Positions 50,915-64,000 of a stretch of 64,000 nucleotides of DNA are shown piece by piece (the stretch's first letter is position 1; every line of letters starts with the position of its first letter). The translations under genes were made by a program, and so were the position numbers. The DNA lies in the NCBI RefSeq assembly GCF_001194135.2, contig NC_068984.1, positions 99,563,761-99,627,760 of the forward strand, given 5' to 3'. The notes beneath the pieces were generated by a model. The model saw nothing but the letters and a program-made list of their open reading frames with translations, did no database searches and was not told the DNA's origin. The DNA is from Octopus bimaculoides. Lineage: Eukaryota.

Positions 50915-51456
50915 CTTGTGCATGCACTCGCACAAGAATATCTCTTGTATCTCCTTGTCTTGATATTTGCATACTGATTGTTAAGAATGTGATTCTTCAA
51001 ACAAAAATTGGTGTTGTCTGCAATTTTCTGTAAAAGAAAACATGTCTGGCCTTTGAGTTGTTCATATTTGTTGTGGTGAGAGTCATTGACACCCCAGGGG
51101 GATTGGGAGAATGAACTAGCTGAACTCTTATAAAGAGCAGTGGTCAGTAGTAGTCAGAGAGAGAGAGCGTTTTTAATAGTTTTGCAAAGTATGTTGTGTG
51201 AACATGTTAATTAAACCTCCGCTGGCATAATTTATATATTCCAACCTGTGGCAGGATATAAAAATATCCTAAGGCCAGTGGGAAATATTCCTCTGGATAG
51301 AAACAGATGTAGGATGGTGGAAGAAAGAGTATCTGACTATAAAACATTTGCCTCAAGGGAGTTTTCTAGCCCATGAAATTATGGAAAAGCGTATATTAAA
51401 ATGATGAATAATTATAATGGTGATGACTATTGTTTTGCTGGAATTGTTCAAATGTA

Positions 51457-51506
51457 AACACCTCTGATGAGATCTCAATAAGACTTAAAAATTGATTAAG
51501 GGTGTT
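51457..51506 (+). ncRNA. Degenerate type I hammerhead motif
   Basis: AACACCT-CTGATGA-GATCT caata AGACTT-AAAAA-TTGA-TTA-AGGGTGTT. G12 is lost, consistent with a CG>TA change. Confidence 0.4.
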
Positions 51507-51929
51507 CATCCTGTTTTTCAACCTATGGAGAAATAGGCAAATTTTACATGTTTCTATGTCTACTACATAGGCTTACACACACACACACACACGCACACTT
51601 GTATATGGGGGTAGAAGAACAGCTTTCTCTGTAGATATACTGCATAATTATAATCTAATTCTAATCTTTTAATAAAGCATTCTTTTAATATTTTTATTTC
51701 ACTTCTTTCTAGTCTGTCTGGAATCATAAAGTTCTTAAATCTCTCATCACTCTTTCTAGAATTTTACAGTCTCATCTTAAAGATGTGGTGATATAAGAAT
51801 ATCTTCTAATTTGTAATACGCAAGACTAATGTATTTGGTATTGATATTACTGACAGAATTTTTATGACTTACTGTTAGATTTATACATCACCAGCTGGAT
51901 GTTCATTTTTGTTTGTTACCTATATATAT

Positions 51930-52400
51930 GAAGTATACATGATATGTACGGTTTACCAGGCTGTAGTGCTTTCTTCCCTGTTGTATAGAGCTGAAACCTG
52001 GACAGTCTATAAAGCTCAAGTAGATGAGTTTCATGCATATATGATGAGACAGTTATGATGAATTATGTATGTTACTCTCTTTGACAAGATCTTATGGCAT
52101 GCTGGCCTATCTCCTATGAAGGAAATCCTCTTTGATAAAAATTTACATTGGATGGGCCACGTACACAGGCTGGACAACAGACTCACCAGACAAATCCTTC
52201 ACTCCCAACAAAGGAAAGGAAAAAGAAATCATGGAAGACCTAGATTGAGCTTCAAAGATACTACAGAAAGGAACATGAAGTGGAAATGAATTGATCATAA
52301 TAAATGGCAAACCCAAGTATAAAAACCAACCAGTATGGAGAAAGTTTATCAAGTTATGTCAAAATCATGGACAGTCATAGTCATGACAACTGACTGCAGA
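51930..52400 (+). mobile_element. RTE (BovB-like) LINE 3' fragment
   Basis: LHWMGHVHRLDNRLTRQILHSQQRKGKRNHGRPRLSFKDT. Confidence 0.85.
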
Positions 52401-52790
52401 TGATAACCTATATGTTTATTTTAACATCGTGCTCTATGAGGAGTAGCTTTTCATGTAGTTTTGGCTGTTTGGTGTGTATCATAAATCTGAAGGTTTCATG
52501 ATTTCCTGTAGAGTAAGTGAACACTATTTCACTATTTTCTGTTTGGTAAATTTCATCATGACTTCAGGATTTCCATTGAAGATGGTAATTAGTAAAATTA
52601 AATTTCTCAGTCATGAATGTATCTGATAGAATTGGAAGTTCAATAAACAAATGCATGTGAGTGTAGATGGTGGGGCTGTATATGTATGTGATCTTGTAGC
52701 AGCATTAGAATACACATACGTGTGAGTGTATGGGCAGTAGTAACATCATATATATATATTCATATACACATACATAGACACACACTCACA

Positions 52791-52858
<68 letters not shown>

Positions 52859-54990
52859 TACATACATGTACATGTGTACACACACACACACACACATCTA
52901 GATATTCCTATATATATATCTGTATATAGGTCTGGTAGGCACACAATGTAAAAAAGCATCTTTGATGCAAGTCTGAGGAAGTGCCACCTCTGTCTAAAAC
53001 CACAAATATTATGTAAATTTTCACTCTCAACTCTTGTGTGAGCTGGCAATGAAAGCAGAGATGGCACAGAAACAACTGTAACTGATAATTAAAGATGTGT
53101 TAAAGTCTTTCTTTGTCTTCTTATTTAGATATATATATACCAAATATATATACCAAATATGAAACACACACAGACCCATATACACATGTCACAATAAACT
53201 CTGGGACCAATCAAAAACGGCCCACACACACAAACAAAAACACATGTATATACACACACACATAGAGACGTGTACAGAGACACACACACACTCACACCAT
53301 TCTGACCCCTAAGACCAGTCCCAAAAACCACTGAACCATGACAGACTAGCCCAGAAACAAAAAAATCCTTTTAATTCTACATTGCTCTTCCTTCCCCCCA
53401 CCCCAACCAGCCTCCCACACTGTCCCTTAATGTAGCAAACATTCCCTAGCTACACACAAGAGAGAAAACATGTTAAAAAGACAGGTCGGTTCCTCTCCAA
53501 TTTTTTGTAAATTCTTAAATTTATCTCCTTCTATACTCTTTACTCTTTTACTTGTTNNNNNNNNNNNNNNNNNNNNNNNNNNNNNNNNNNNNNNNNNNNN
53601 NNNNNNNNNNNNNNNNNNNNNNNNNNNNNNNNNNNNNNNNNNNNNNNNNNNNNNNNNNNNNNNNNNNNNNNNNNNNNNNNNNNNNNNNNNNNNNNNNNNN
53701 NNNNNNNNNNNNNNNNNNNNNNNNNNNNNNNNNNNNNNNNNNNNNNNNNNNNNNNNNNNNNNNNNNNNNNNNNNNNNNNNNNNNNNNNNNNNNNNNNNNN
53801 NNNNNNNNNNNNNNNNNNNNNNNNNNNNNNNNNNNNNNNNNNNNNNNNNNNNNNNNNNNNNNNNNNNNNNNNNNNNNNNNNNNNNNNNNNNNNNNNNNNN
53901 NNNNNNNNNNNNNNNNNNNNNNNNNNNNNNNNNNNNNNNNNNNNNNNNNNNNNNNNNNNNNNNNNNNNNNNNNNNNNNNNNNNNNNNNNNNNNNNNNNNN
54001 NNNNNNNNNNNNNNNNNNNNNNNNNNNNNNNNNNNNNNNNNNNNNNNNNNNNNNNNNNNNNNNNNNNNNNNNNNNNNNNNNNNNNNNNNNNNNNNNNNNN
54101 NNNNNNNNNNNNNNNNNNNNNNNNNNNNNNNNNNNNNNNNNNNNNNNNNNNNNNNNNNNNNNNNNNNNNNNNNNNNNNNNNNNNNNNNNNNNNNNNNNNN
54201 NNNNNNNNNNNNNNNNNNNNNNNNNNNNNNNNNNNNNNNNNNNNNNNNNNNNNNNNNNNNNNNNNNNNNNNNNNNNNNNNNNNNNNNNNNNNNNNNNNNN
54301 NNNNNNNNNNNNATATATATATATATATATATACATACATATATATATATATATAAATTTGACATGGGTGATTCTTTCTTGTCTTGGGATTCATGCTCAA
54401 ATGGCTGGATGGAATTGCGCAAAAAATTACACAGAAGTGTAGAATGATCTGGTGGTGATGCTGGGCTTTGTATTTTTTTCATAGCTCCCATGGTTACTGA
54501 GATAATCTGCTCTAATAATACTCTTGTGTTTATGAATGAGAAAGGAAGGAATGATAGATGAATAAGGAAGGAGGGGGTGATGTCATACTTGGTAGTGGGA
54601 TGATGAAAATTGTACACTGAAAAAAATAAATCAAACAGCGTTTCAACTCTGTGTGAATATGTGTGTGTATGTAAAAGGGGGGTATGTGAATGTGTGTGAG
54701 TCTGTGTGTGCATTCACATGCGATGGAAGTGGGATGGTTCATCTTTGTTCGCTTAGTATTTGGGTGTTTTTTTTTTTTGGTTCAATCTTGGTTTTTTTTT
54801 TTGTTGGTCAGTTAATTTCAGCGTTTTGACAGAAAATAGTCATTCTAAAATTGTTTTTTAAAGTAAATGTGTCTAAACAAGTTGAATGCTTACACAAAGC
54901 AGGTTTTACAGCCACATTATCCAAACCGACTGGATGAAATCGGGCTTAGCTGCTAGTATATATATATATATATGCGCGTGTGTGTGTGTG

Positions 54991-55540
54991 TATTAAAAGT
55001 GGGGAAGGCTGGTTTATGGGATTACCCTGGGTTTCCCATCCATAAAGGGTGTAGCATAGGTCCTCCTTCAGAGTTCCAGAAAGGAGATATGTAACATCAT
55101 TGGCCAACCATGTCTGGCAATGAAGAGACGATGGCATCCCATACTTGATTTCATGGAAAATCCTTGAGACCCCATGCTCCTACATCGACAGGATGAAACA
55201 TTGCTAGTTATGCATAGCTGAACATGAAAGAATCCTAAAACACTCACTCAAACCAGGGAACAGCCTTAACTCCAGAATAGAGATTTTCAGGCCGTGTTTA
55301 CAGTCTAGGAAACTCCTGCTGGCCTTTTGGGCCCACAAGATCGTGGCACAGCCAGAAGTCAATAGCCAATGGCAAAGGGAGATAATTTCTTATTGTTTTC
55401 CTTTGTAATGAGGCTTTTCTCTCTCCATATTTTGAAGAGGCCAACAGGTTTTGGGGTGTGATGATACACCATAAAGCTAACCCCTTTATGGCCGGGAAAC
55501 CTAGAGTAATCCCATAAACTGGCCTTCTCCACTTTTAATA
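54991..55540. mobile_element. 550-bp element with ~65-bp TIRs derived from inverted hammerhead copies
   Basis: TIRs at 54991-55057 and 55477-55540 with termini TATTAAAAGT / ACTTTTAATA. Right arm GGGGT-GTGATGA...CCATAAAG ctaaccc CTTTATGG...GAAAC CTAG AGTA-ATCCC. Confidence 0.8.
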
Positions 55541-56106
55541 TATACTGCTCTACATCTTAGAGTGTGCTTCATCTCCAGATTTATGTTTTTTACAAACAAG
55601 ATAGAAAGATAGATAGATAGATAGATAGATATATGCACTAATGTAATTTATCTTTTATTTGTATCAGTGATTGGACTGTGGCTATGCTGGGGCACTGTTT
55701 GTTGGAAGAGTTTAGTTGAACAAATTGATCACAGTATTTCTTTTCTTTTAAGATTTATTCTATTTGTTCATTTGTCATACTGTTAAGTTATGGGAAATGT
55801 ATACAAACCGGCACTGGTTATCAAACAGGGTGGGAGGAGATTAAGACAAACTCAAAGAAGCACACACACACACACACACGCACACATTTTCATAGGTATA
55901 CATAATGCGCTTCCTCACAGTTTTCATCAATCAAATTCACTTAAAAGGCATTGGGTAGTCCAGGGTTATAGCAGAAGACACTTGGGACTGAACCCAAAAC
56001 TACACAGCTATGCTTCTTAACCACACAGCTATGCTTGTGCCCTTTCTTCTTTTCTTTTGTAAGGAAGGGAATCCTATCATCTATGTCTTATTTAAACAGC
56101 AACTGT

Positions 56107-56147
<41 letters not shown>

Positions 56148-56468
56148 TAGTTCAATTACATAGACATATTTCAGCCTTAATTGGTCACAACACGCGATAC
56201 TGAATTTTAATTTTTATTTATTGATGAAAATCATACAATTTTTTTTTGTTTTCAAATGAGAAAATTCTTCAAATTCTTTTCAAGATGGTAGGTGTTTTGT
56301 TTTTGTATTTTCATCACAATAGAAAGATAGCAAAATAGTAAGACATAATATCAGAAGTGTTCACAGAAAGTCTTTCAAATCAGACATAGGCACACAAAGG
56401 AAGAGTTTTTGTGTGTATGTGTATGGGACTCTGTGTGTATATGTGTATGAGAGAGAGGGAGAAAGAGA

Positions 56469-56508
<40 letters not shown>

Positions 56509-57486
56509 GTGTGCAACCAATGTGAAAAAAAATCAGTCTTATGTTTTATATTTTCTCATTTCTTATGCCTTGATGCCAAGCCCCTTGAAATTGTCTCTGG
56601 TTCTTTGATGCAAAGATTCTGTTTGAACACGTTTTAAAGTTATCCAAATTAAAACCTCTGATCAAAATTCCAAGTTAATTAATGTTTCAAACACCATTTT
56701 AACACTTTAGCATTCTGATTATGCTAAAGAATGTAATGCTTATTTACTCACATTCATCATCATCAACAACATTTAACATCCATTTTCCATGCTGACACGG
56801 GTTGGATGACTCTACAGAAACTGGCAAGACCAGGGGCTGCACCAGGTTCCATAGTCTGCTTTGGCTTGGTTTCTACAGCTGGATGCCTTTCCTAATGCCA
56901 ACCACTCTACAGAATGTATTGAATGCTTTTTATATGGCACCATCAACAGTGCTTTTTAAGTGGCACCAGCATCAGAGCTTTTTACATGGCACCAGCACCC
57001 ATGCCAATGCTTTTTATGTGTCGCCTTGGTTTTAGGATCTCAATTTTGATGTGGTGGGCAGGTCTTCTCAAATACAGCAATGTGTCACGTCTCTTGGTTC
57101 TCTGTCACCTACTTCATAAGGTCCTGTGTTTTGAGATTGGCCTTCAATACTTCGTCCCATGTCTTCCTGGGATTCCCTCTTCCACAGCTTCCCTCCGCTT
57201 TAAGTGATCATTGTTTTGAATTAATCATGCATTATCTCATAACTTTGTGATTTCAATGGTATGATTGTTTTATTCTTTGACTGATATTGTAGGTAGGTGA
57301 GCAAGGCTGGATCTGGTCAGTTTGAGCATTAAACAAGTAGAATATTTTGGCCAGGTATAACCAGTTTAAATTCTAAAGGGTTAATAATGACAAAGTTATC
57401 TGACTAAATTTTTCATCATTTAATAAATTAATTGAAACAAAGGCAGTATATTTCAAAAACAATATTGTGATAAACGGATTAAAGTA

Positions 57487-58285
57487 TTGGGTCATCTGAT
57501 AAATAATGTGGGTTTTTTTATACTTCTTTTATTTTTCAAAATTAGGATAAACAAAGTTCTTTTTTAATCTAAAATATATTCTCCTTCATTCTCTACAATG
57601 CTCTTCCATCTATCTGGTAGATTTGCAAAGCTCCTCTTCCAAAATTCATGTGTCCGTGATGAAAAATACTCTTCCAGTACTGTTAGGCTTCGTCTACAGA
57701 ATTCATATTTTTTTTGTCCAAATGGTTTTGAAGACTGCAGAATAAATAATAATCAGATGGGACAATGTCTGGTGAATAAGGTGGCTGAGGCATCATTTCC
57801 TATTTAAACAGCTCCAGCCTTTGGAATGTCATCCTCATCATATGTGGCCGAGCATTATCCTGATGGAAGAACACCTTTCAACTTGAAACCAAAGATAGTC
57901 GTTTTCCAATGATATTCAGGTATCACTGAATGGTTACATGACCAAATCCAAGCTTCTCTGCTAGTTCATCAACAGTTACAATGGGAATTTGTTCCACCAG
58001 AGTTTGCATTATGTTCTCGTCAAGCTCTACAATCTTTCAGGACGTGGCTTGTATTCTAGGTTGTAGTATCTGGTTCGGAATTTCTGGAACCACCTTTGAC
58101 ACTGGCTTATGCTTTTTGTCTGATCCCCATATACTGCAGTAATATTCCTCTCACTTTCTGTTGCGTTGTTGCCTTTATTGAACTTATTAAGCAAAATATG
58201 CCGAATATGCTCCTTTGTCACTTCCATTATAGCTTTGAAAAAATAACTGTTAAAATCAAACTGCACTCTTCAAAACTATTCATTT
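57487..58285 (-). mobile_element. Internally deleted mariner, same family as 9543-10781
   Basis: MEVTKEHIRHILLNKFNKGNNATESERNITAVYGD...QRWFQKFR, joined to the 3' part and a TIR-like TTGGGTCATCTGATAAATAATGTGGG end. Confidence 0.88.
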
Positions 58286-58559
58286 TTAAGCATTTTCCAC
58301 TTAGTGTTGTTTGCATCACTATTCATGTGTGTGCGTCTATTAGACAAGCAAGGTATACAATTGGCTGTCTGTGTTTTACTTCAGTCCTTTCCTTATAAGG
58401 GGTCAACATTGTGACCAACACTGTATATTTTGTATTAACAATAGCTGCAAGTACTAGTGTGTTAATTTCATTGGTTTTCTTGTTGTTCGGAACAGAATAG
58501 TGTTTAATGTTTCATGTAGGAAGACGAGGAGGAAGAGGGGCATTGCATGTCTTTTATCT

Positions 58560-58950
58560 TTTACTTGTTTCCTCATTAGACTGCAGCCATGCTGGGACAT
58601 CGTCTTGAAAAAATTTTAATCAACCCTTGTACTTATTTTATTTTTTTAAGCCTGGTACTTATTTTACCAATCTCTTTTGCTGAAAAATTATGTTACAGAG
58701 ATATAAAAACACCAACATTGGTTGTCAAGTGGTGGTGGGTGACAAACACAGACACACAAAACATGCAACCCCCCCCCCCACACACACACATACGACAGGC
58801 TTCTTTTCAGTTTCCATCTACCAGATCAGTTCATAAGGCTATAGTAGTGGTTGGGCTGAGGCTATAGTAGAAGACACTTACCCAAGGTGTCATACTCTGG
58901 GACTGAACCAGGAACCATGTGGTTGGGAAGCAAGCTTCTTACCTATGCTT
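58560..58950 (-). mobile_element. SINE family B copy
   Basis: Reverse complement of 7175-7563. Further copies at about 16555, 22290, 25805, 55655 and 59615. Confidence 0.85.
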
Positions 58951-59523
58951 CAGCTTCAACTGATCTCTTGAGTGTGTTAAATCGAAGTGCACCAATTATC
59001 ATTGGTATAAATGTGAATTTATAACCTGGATATAAAAGCTGGAAGTTTTAAAGCAGTTATCCATAGTTATCCTCTTTCTCTTTGATCTTCAAGGGGATAT
59101 TTTCATCAGCAAGACAGCTGACCTCTATAACAGTACATACTTTTTGTCCCAAACAACAACATCCAGCCAATTATTTTTACACTTGACATGTTTTGATGGG
59201 AATGTTCCACCAGTATTTCTTGTGTTGATGCTTGTATGTATGTATGTATGTATGCATGCTCATGATCATGATTATCATCAATGTCTACCTTTCCATGACA
59301 GTATGGGTCAGACAGAATATTTTGAGATGGTTTTTCAGTGGCCTCATGCTCTTCCTGTCACCAGTTTCACAAGTAAGAAAATATTTCCCCATGGCCAGAC
59401 GTTTTCACAGAATATTGGAAACGTTGAACACTGCTTGCATTACAGTACCACTTGCTTACAACTATCATGTGATGCCAAAGCAATGAACCAATAACACACA
59501 CACATATATACTCAGTGTGTGTG

Positions 59524-59579
<56 letters not shown>

Positions 59580-59929
59580 CACACACACTTACATTTGTAC
59601 ACATACACACATATCTTTCATGGGCTTCTTTAGTTTTCAGGTATCGGATCCACCCACAAGGCTTTGGCCAATCCAGAGCTGTGGAAGAAGACACTTACCC
59701 AAAGTCACGTGGTTGGGAAGCAAACTTCTCACCAGACAGCCACTCCAGGCAGTTTCTCTAAGAATACTCAATAAGTTAACAGTTACAGTTTTATATTGTG
59801 TAGATAAACTGAAAAAGAAAAGACTTTGATGTATTGAGCTGACCAAAAAGCTCACTTGCTTTTTTAAGGGAAATAAGACACAAGTTTTAAACATAAAGCA
59901 AATAATTCAATCAATTTTATAATTACTGT

Positions 59930-60940
59930 TTAACTTCAATATCTTCTGCTATGTTGTAGACAAATTCACTTTTCTGTGCTCAAAGAAATTCCTGTCTTTA
60001 CTGAAGAACTCTTCCAGTTGAATTTTCACATTCTCTTCAGAGTTGAATTTCTGTCCATTCAACAAATTTTAGCATGATCTGAAACAGAAGAAAATGTGAC
60101 AGTGCAAAGCTGGGCAAATATGGATGGTGAGGCAAAACTTTCCAGCCAAGCCACTGTAATATCTGTTATATCTGCAATAGATTGTGAGATCTAACATTGT
60201 CATAACGAAAGACGATGCCCTTATGATTAGTAAGTTCTGGATGCTTCTGGTGGATCTCTGAGTTTAATTTCTCCAGCTGGTTATAGTACACATCTAAATT
60301 GAGGATCCTGTTCATAGGAAGAAGCTTATAAAAGCCACCAAATTGAAAGCATAACCTTCTTTGGGTGAAGCCCTGTTTTGGAGGATGTTTGTGGTGGTTT
60401 ACCACTCTTCCCCCATAATCGTTTACAATTGACATTATTATAGACAATTCATTTTTTATTCCCTTTCCTCATTCACTTCAAAAAAGGATTGTTTTCTCCA
60501 TGTATATGAAACAAATTGCTGATAGACATTCGTTGGCATCACATTCTCCTTATCCAACTGATATGGGACCTAAACATCAAGTCTACTGACATTACCAAGT
60601 TGATGCAGATGGTTTTTCAACACTTGATTTGGATATTTGGAGAATACTTGCAATTTTCCTGGTCATATAAAGAGGGTTGGCTTCGATCAGGTCCTTCATT
60701 TTGTCACTATTAATCTCAGTTGGCTGGCCAAAGTGAAGTGCATATTGAATGGGAAAATTTCCTGATTGAAATCTTGGAAAACTACATCTGGCAGACATGT
60801 TCCATAACAGCATTTTATCCACACACACAGAACATATCTCCCTGCAAGTTTCCTTTGCTTTCTTGCCTTTTTTAACCATAGAAAAAAAAAATGTATCGAT
60901 AATGCGTATTTTGGTTCTCCATTTTCAGGGTGATCTCAAG
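59930..60940 (-). mobile_element. Degenerate mariner transposase, second family
   Basis: KGKKAKETCREICSV...KDLIEANP..TRKIASILQISKSSVE; YYNQLEKLNSEIHQKHPELTNHKGIVFRYDNVRSH; NLLNGQKFNSEENVK. Confidence 0.85.
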
Positions 60941-61112
60941 CATACAAAATACAATCTGTCTTGTCTCAAATTTGTGTCAATCTATGTTAGTGTGTCAGAC
61001 ACCTAACAAGTGTGCATGCACAAATGATAAAATGAATGGAGCCAGATATCTAATGAGTATTCATGCACAAGAGAAAAAAAGTGAATGAAATTTTTGTTAA
61101 ACACAGTATATA

Positions 61113-61176
<64 letters not shown>

Positions 61177-61710
61177 TACACATACACATACACACACACA
61201 TCACTTGGATATATCATGTTTCAACAAATTAGCTGACTTACTAAAGTGTGTGCAATAATAACCTTCTCAGACACAATGAATGCAAGGCGGTTGAATTGAT
61301 ATGTGTGCATGTATATAGATATACATGCATGCATATGTGTGCATGTGTGTTTGTATGTATCTATATATGTATGAATATATTTAGTGAATCAGTGAACTGT
61401 GAGAGTGTGATCTACACAAAACGTCTATCCTGGTAGGTGGAGAAGAGAACCTTCTTTAACAAAAGCCATTGTCATTTTCCTGCTTTTTTTATGTTGATAA
61501 TAAAGCAACTGGGGATTATCTGGAGACACTAGCATTGTCATATTTTGTTTCCTTTGTCCATATCATGGTATCTTTGGCTGACAATGTTTTGCTGTTCTTT
61601 ATGTGTGTGTGTGTGTGTGTGTGTGTGTATACTGAATGGCATTGACCAAAGATTTTACTCCCCAGTCTACCAGACATATTTCTCTCTCTTTCTCTCCCTC
61701 CCTCTTCTAG

Positions 61711-61773
61711 AAATTATTATGAAGATCATAGTCACACGTGGTTGAAGAATGGGTCGTTAAACAAAAATATTGT
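61711..61773 (+). CDS. Candidate exon (x)NYYEDHSHTWLKNGSLNKNI(V)
   Basis: Very strong ~30-nt pyrimidine tract plus CTAG acceptor, a single open frame, and donor GT|GTAATA or ATT|GTGTAA. Confidence 0.35.
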
Positions 61774-61929
61774 GTAATACTTTGTTCAGTTCTATTTAGC
61801 TCCTTTTATGCTCAGCTTTGTCCTTTTTTTCCTCTGAAATTGATTAATTAAGAAGAAGAATGAGTATTGAGGTTGCTATAATCAACTGCAAGGTCCTTGA
61901 AGAGGTACTCCAGAACAGTCACAATGCAA

Positions 61930-62260
61930 TGACTGAAACCAATAAAAGAATATTTATCATTGCAAATATCATCACAATAGTCATTACACAATCGTCATCA
62001 AAAACATTATCAATGTTTTCTGTCATCATCATGTAATCATTATCATCATTATTGTTATCATCATTGTCATCATTATCTCCATCATTGTCAATGTTGTTTT
62101 CATCATCATTATTGCCAAATGTTATCATCATCATTGCCGTGTATTCACATTGTCATCATTATCATCACCATCATCATCTTCATTATCATCGTCCTTAAAA
62201 ACACCATCATCATTATTTTCACCTATTTCTTCTTTCAGCATTATCAAAATCACCACCATC
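61930..62260. repeat. Imperfect (CAT/TCA)n trinucleotide low-complexity tract
   Basis: Directly visible. A similar tract lies at 38095-38205. Confidence 0.9.
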
Positions 62261-63739
62261 TTCATTATCATTTTACTTTAACATATTTTTGTTCCTCACC
62301 ATCATCTCTTATTTATATATTTTGTTGATGTCGGGGAAAATACCTTGTGGTATTTGCCTAGGCTCTTTACACTTTGAGTTGAAATCCCACAAAGGTCAAC
62401 TTTGCTTTTCATCCTTTCAGGGTCAATAGAATAAAACACCAGCCAAGTTGATGGTGTTGACAATACTTTCCCCTCAGAACTGCTGGTCTTGTGCTTAAAT
62501 CAAAAACCATATTATTATTAAAGTGATGGCTTGTCGCCAACTTAATGTGGCAGTCCCAAGAAAGGGAAGAATGCTACTGCTATTTAGTCCCAAGAAATAC
62601 CGTTTCTAGTTGACTACATGACACAAGCGTTCTGTGTCCTTAAGTTTTAAAACAGGGGAGATAAGCACCTCCACCCAACAAAGCCAGCATCCAGAGACTA
62701 GTTTCATATTATTATTATTATTATTATTATTTCATTATATGTAAACACCCACACTTTATGTCTGTCTTTGTATTGTCCCCCTCATCCTTTTCCCTTGTGG
62801 CAAATAAATGAAATTATTATTATTATTATTACTATTATTATAAAGGTGGTGAGCTGTCAGAACCAGGCAAAATGCTTAGCTGTACTTTGACTTTGCTTTT
62901 CATCCCTTACAGGTTCGATGGAATAAGCATCATTCAAGCACTAGAGTCGATGTAATCAACTAGTCCCATCTCCTAAAATTTCAGGCTTTGTGCCTATAGT
63001 AGAAAGGATTATTATTATTGAGTGACAGAGCAGTGCATGCCATCAATATATGGGGTAAAATATATGAAGTGTCTGATAAGGGTACAGCAGGCACATGCAT
63101 CACAACCATATGTGCACAACATGGTCATCTCATATCTCATGAGCTTGCAGGTGGGACCTAGTTAGAATTTTCTTCAGATGAAGTAGCCCATCCCACTCAA
63201 AAGATTCTTGAATAAGGTTTGTTTAAGGATATTCTTTTCCACTCTAGGCACAAGGCCTGAAATTTTGGGGGAGGGGGCCAGTCAATTAGATCGACACCAG
63301 TATGCAACTGGTACTTAATTTATTGACCCCCGAAAGATGAAAAGCAAAGTCAATCTCAGTTGAATTTGAACAGAGAACGTAAAGACAGACAAGATACTGC
63401 TAAGCATTTTTCACCTGGCAGCTTGCCACCTTGCTTAAGGATATTGAACAATACACCCATGTTTCCAGAGGTGAATTATTTGAACCCAATGAATTCCTCT
63501 CAACACATGGCTATGATGCTCACCACTACTTCTGCTCATGATCAGAGGTGCACATATTGTCAGCCAACAAGCAACATGTTCAACTGGTTAAGGTCAAACA
63601 ACCGACAAGCAAATCTGTGGCATTGAGCAGAATACTTACTGTAGCACATAGCAAGAAAAAACATGTACATGATAGCACTTCCAGTCAGTTAAGATGAGAA
63701 GCCATGAGAGTCAATGCCTGGTTATTATTATCATTATTA

Positions 63740-63770
<31 letters not shown>

Positions 63771-64000
63771 GTTAAAGTTTTTGCCTTGTCTATCAGTTGT
63801 ATAAATCTTGATACATTACATAAATTTTTGAATGCTGTTTTGCAGTGTTCCGGCAAGGGGACATTGGAACTAATTGGTACACAGTCGTATCTGGAACCCT
63901 GGAGGTTTATCTTTCAGATACAGGAGACCAAAAGGTAAAATGTTTTCAATTCTAAGCATCTCTGTCATCATATATAAATATAATATATATATATATATAT

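Noticed and set aside
54340-54545. Protein-like frames on both strands (+ APMVTEIICSNNTLVFMNEKG; - VLLEQIISVTMGAMKKIQSP)
   Set aside because: The + frame has no convincing GT donor, the - frame has no supporting neighbours, and the strand cannot be decided.
22607-54713. Long ORFs of 170-430 aa in the track containing X runs
   Set aside because: They are open only because they span N gaps and flanking microsatellites.

Overview
AT-rich, microsatellite-dense animal genomic DNA with seven large N gaps. The SINE families, (TA)n/(CA)n density and transposon mix suggest an octopus/coleoid cephalopod; this is inferred from recalled repeat sequences, not from a search. No complete protein-coding gene is recognisable, and nearly all ORF-track entries are artefacts of microsatellites, N gaps or antisense transposon frames. 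Most of the window is decayed mobile DNA: a full-length Tc1, several mariners, a Helitron and a Helentron-type element, RTE, R4/Dong, CR1 and Penelope retroelements, three tRNA-SINE families and hAT-type MITEs. A few small + strand segments have splice signals and open frames and may be exons of an unidentified gene. Two of them contain a single in-frame TAA. The most striking pattern is about eight type I hammerhead-ribozyme-like motifs. Several form fold-back elements whose two arms are inverted hammerhead copies (11481-11673, 46998-47197, 54991-55540). The last two share the terminus TATTAAAAGT...ACTTTTAATA, and the 47105-47164 copy has an intact catalytic core. Two further long fold-back elements lack hammerheads (19507-20028, 39488-39894).
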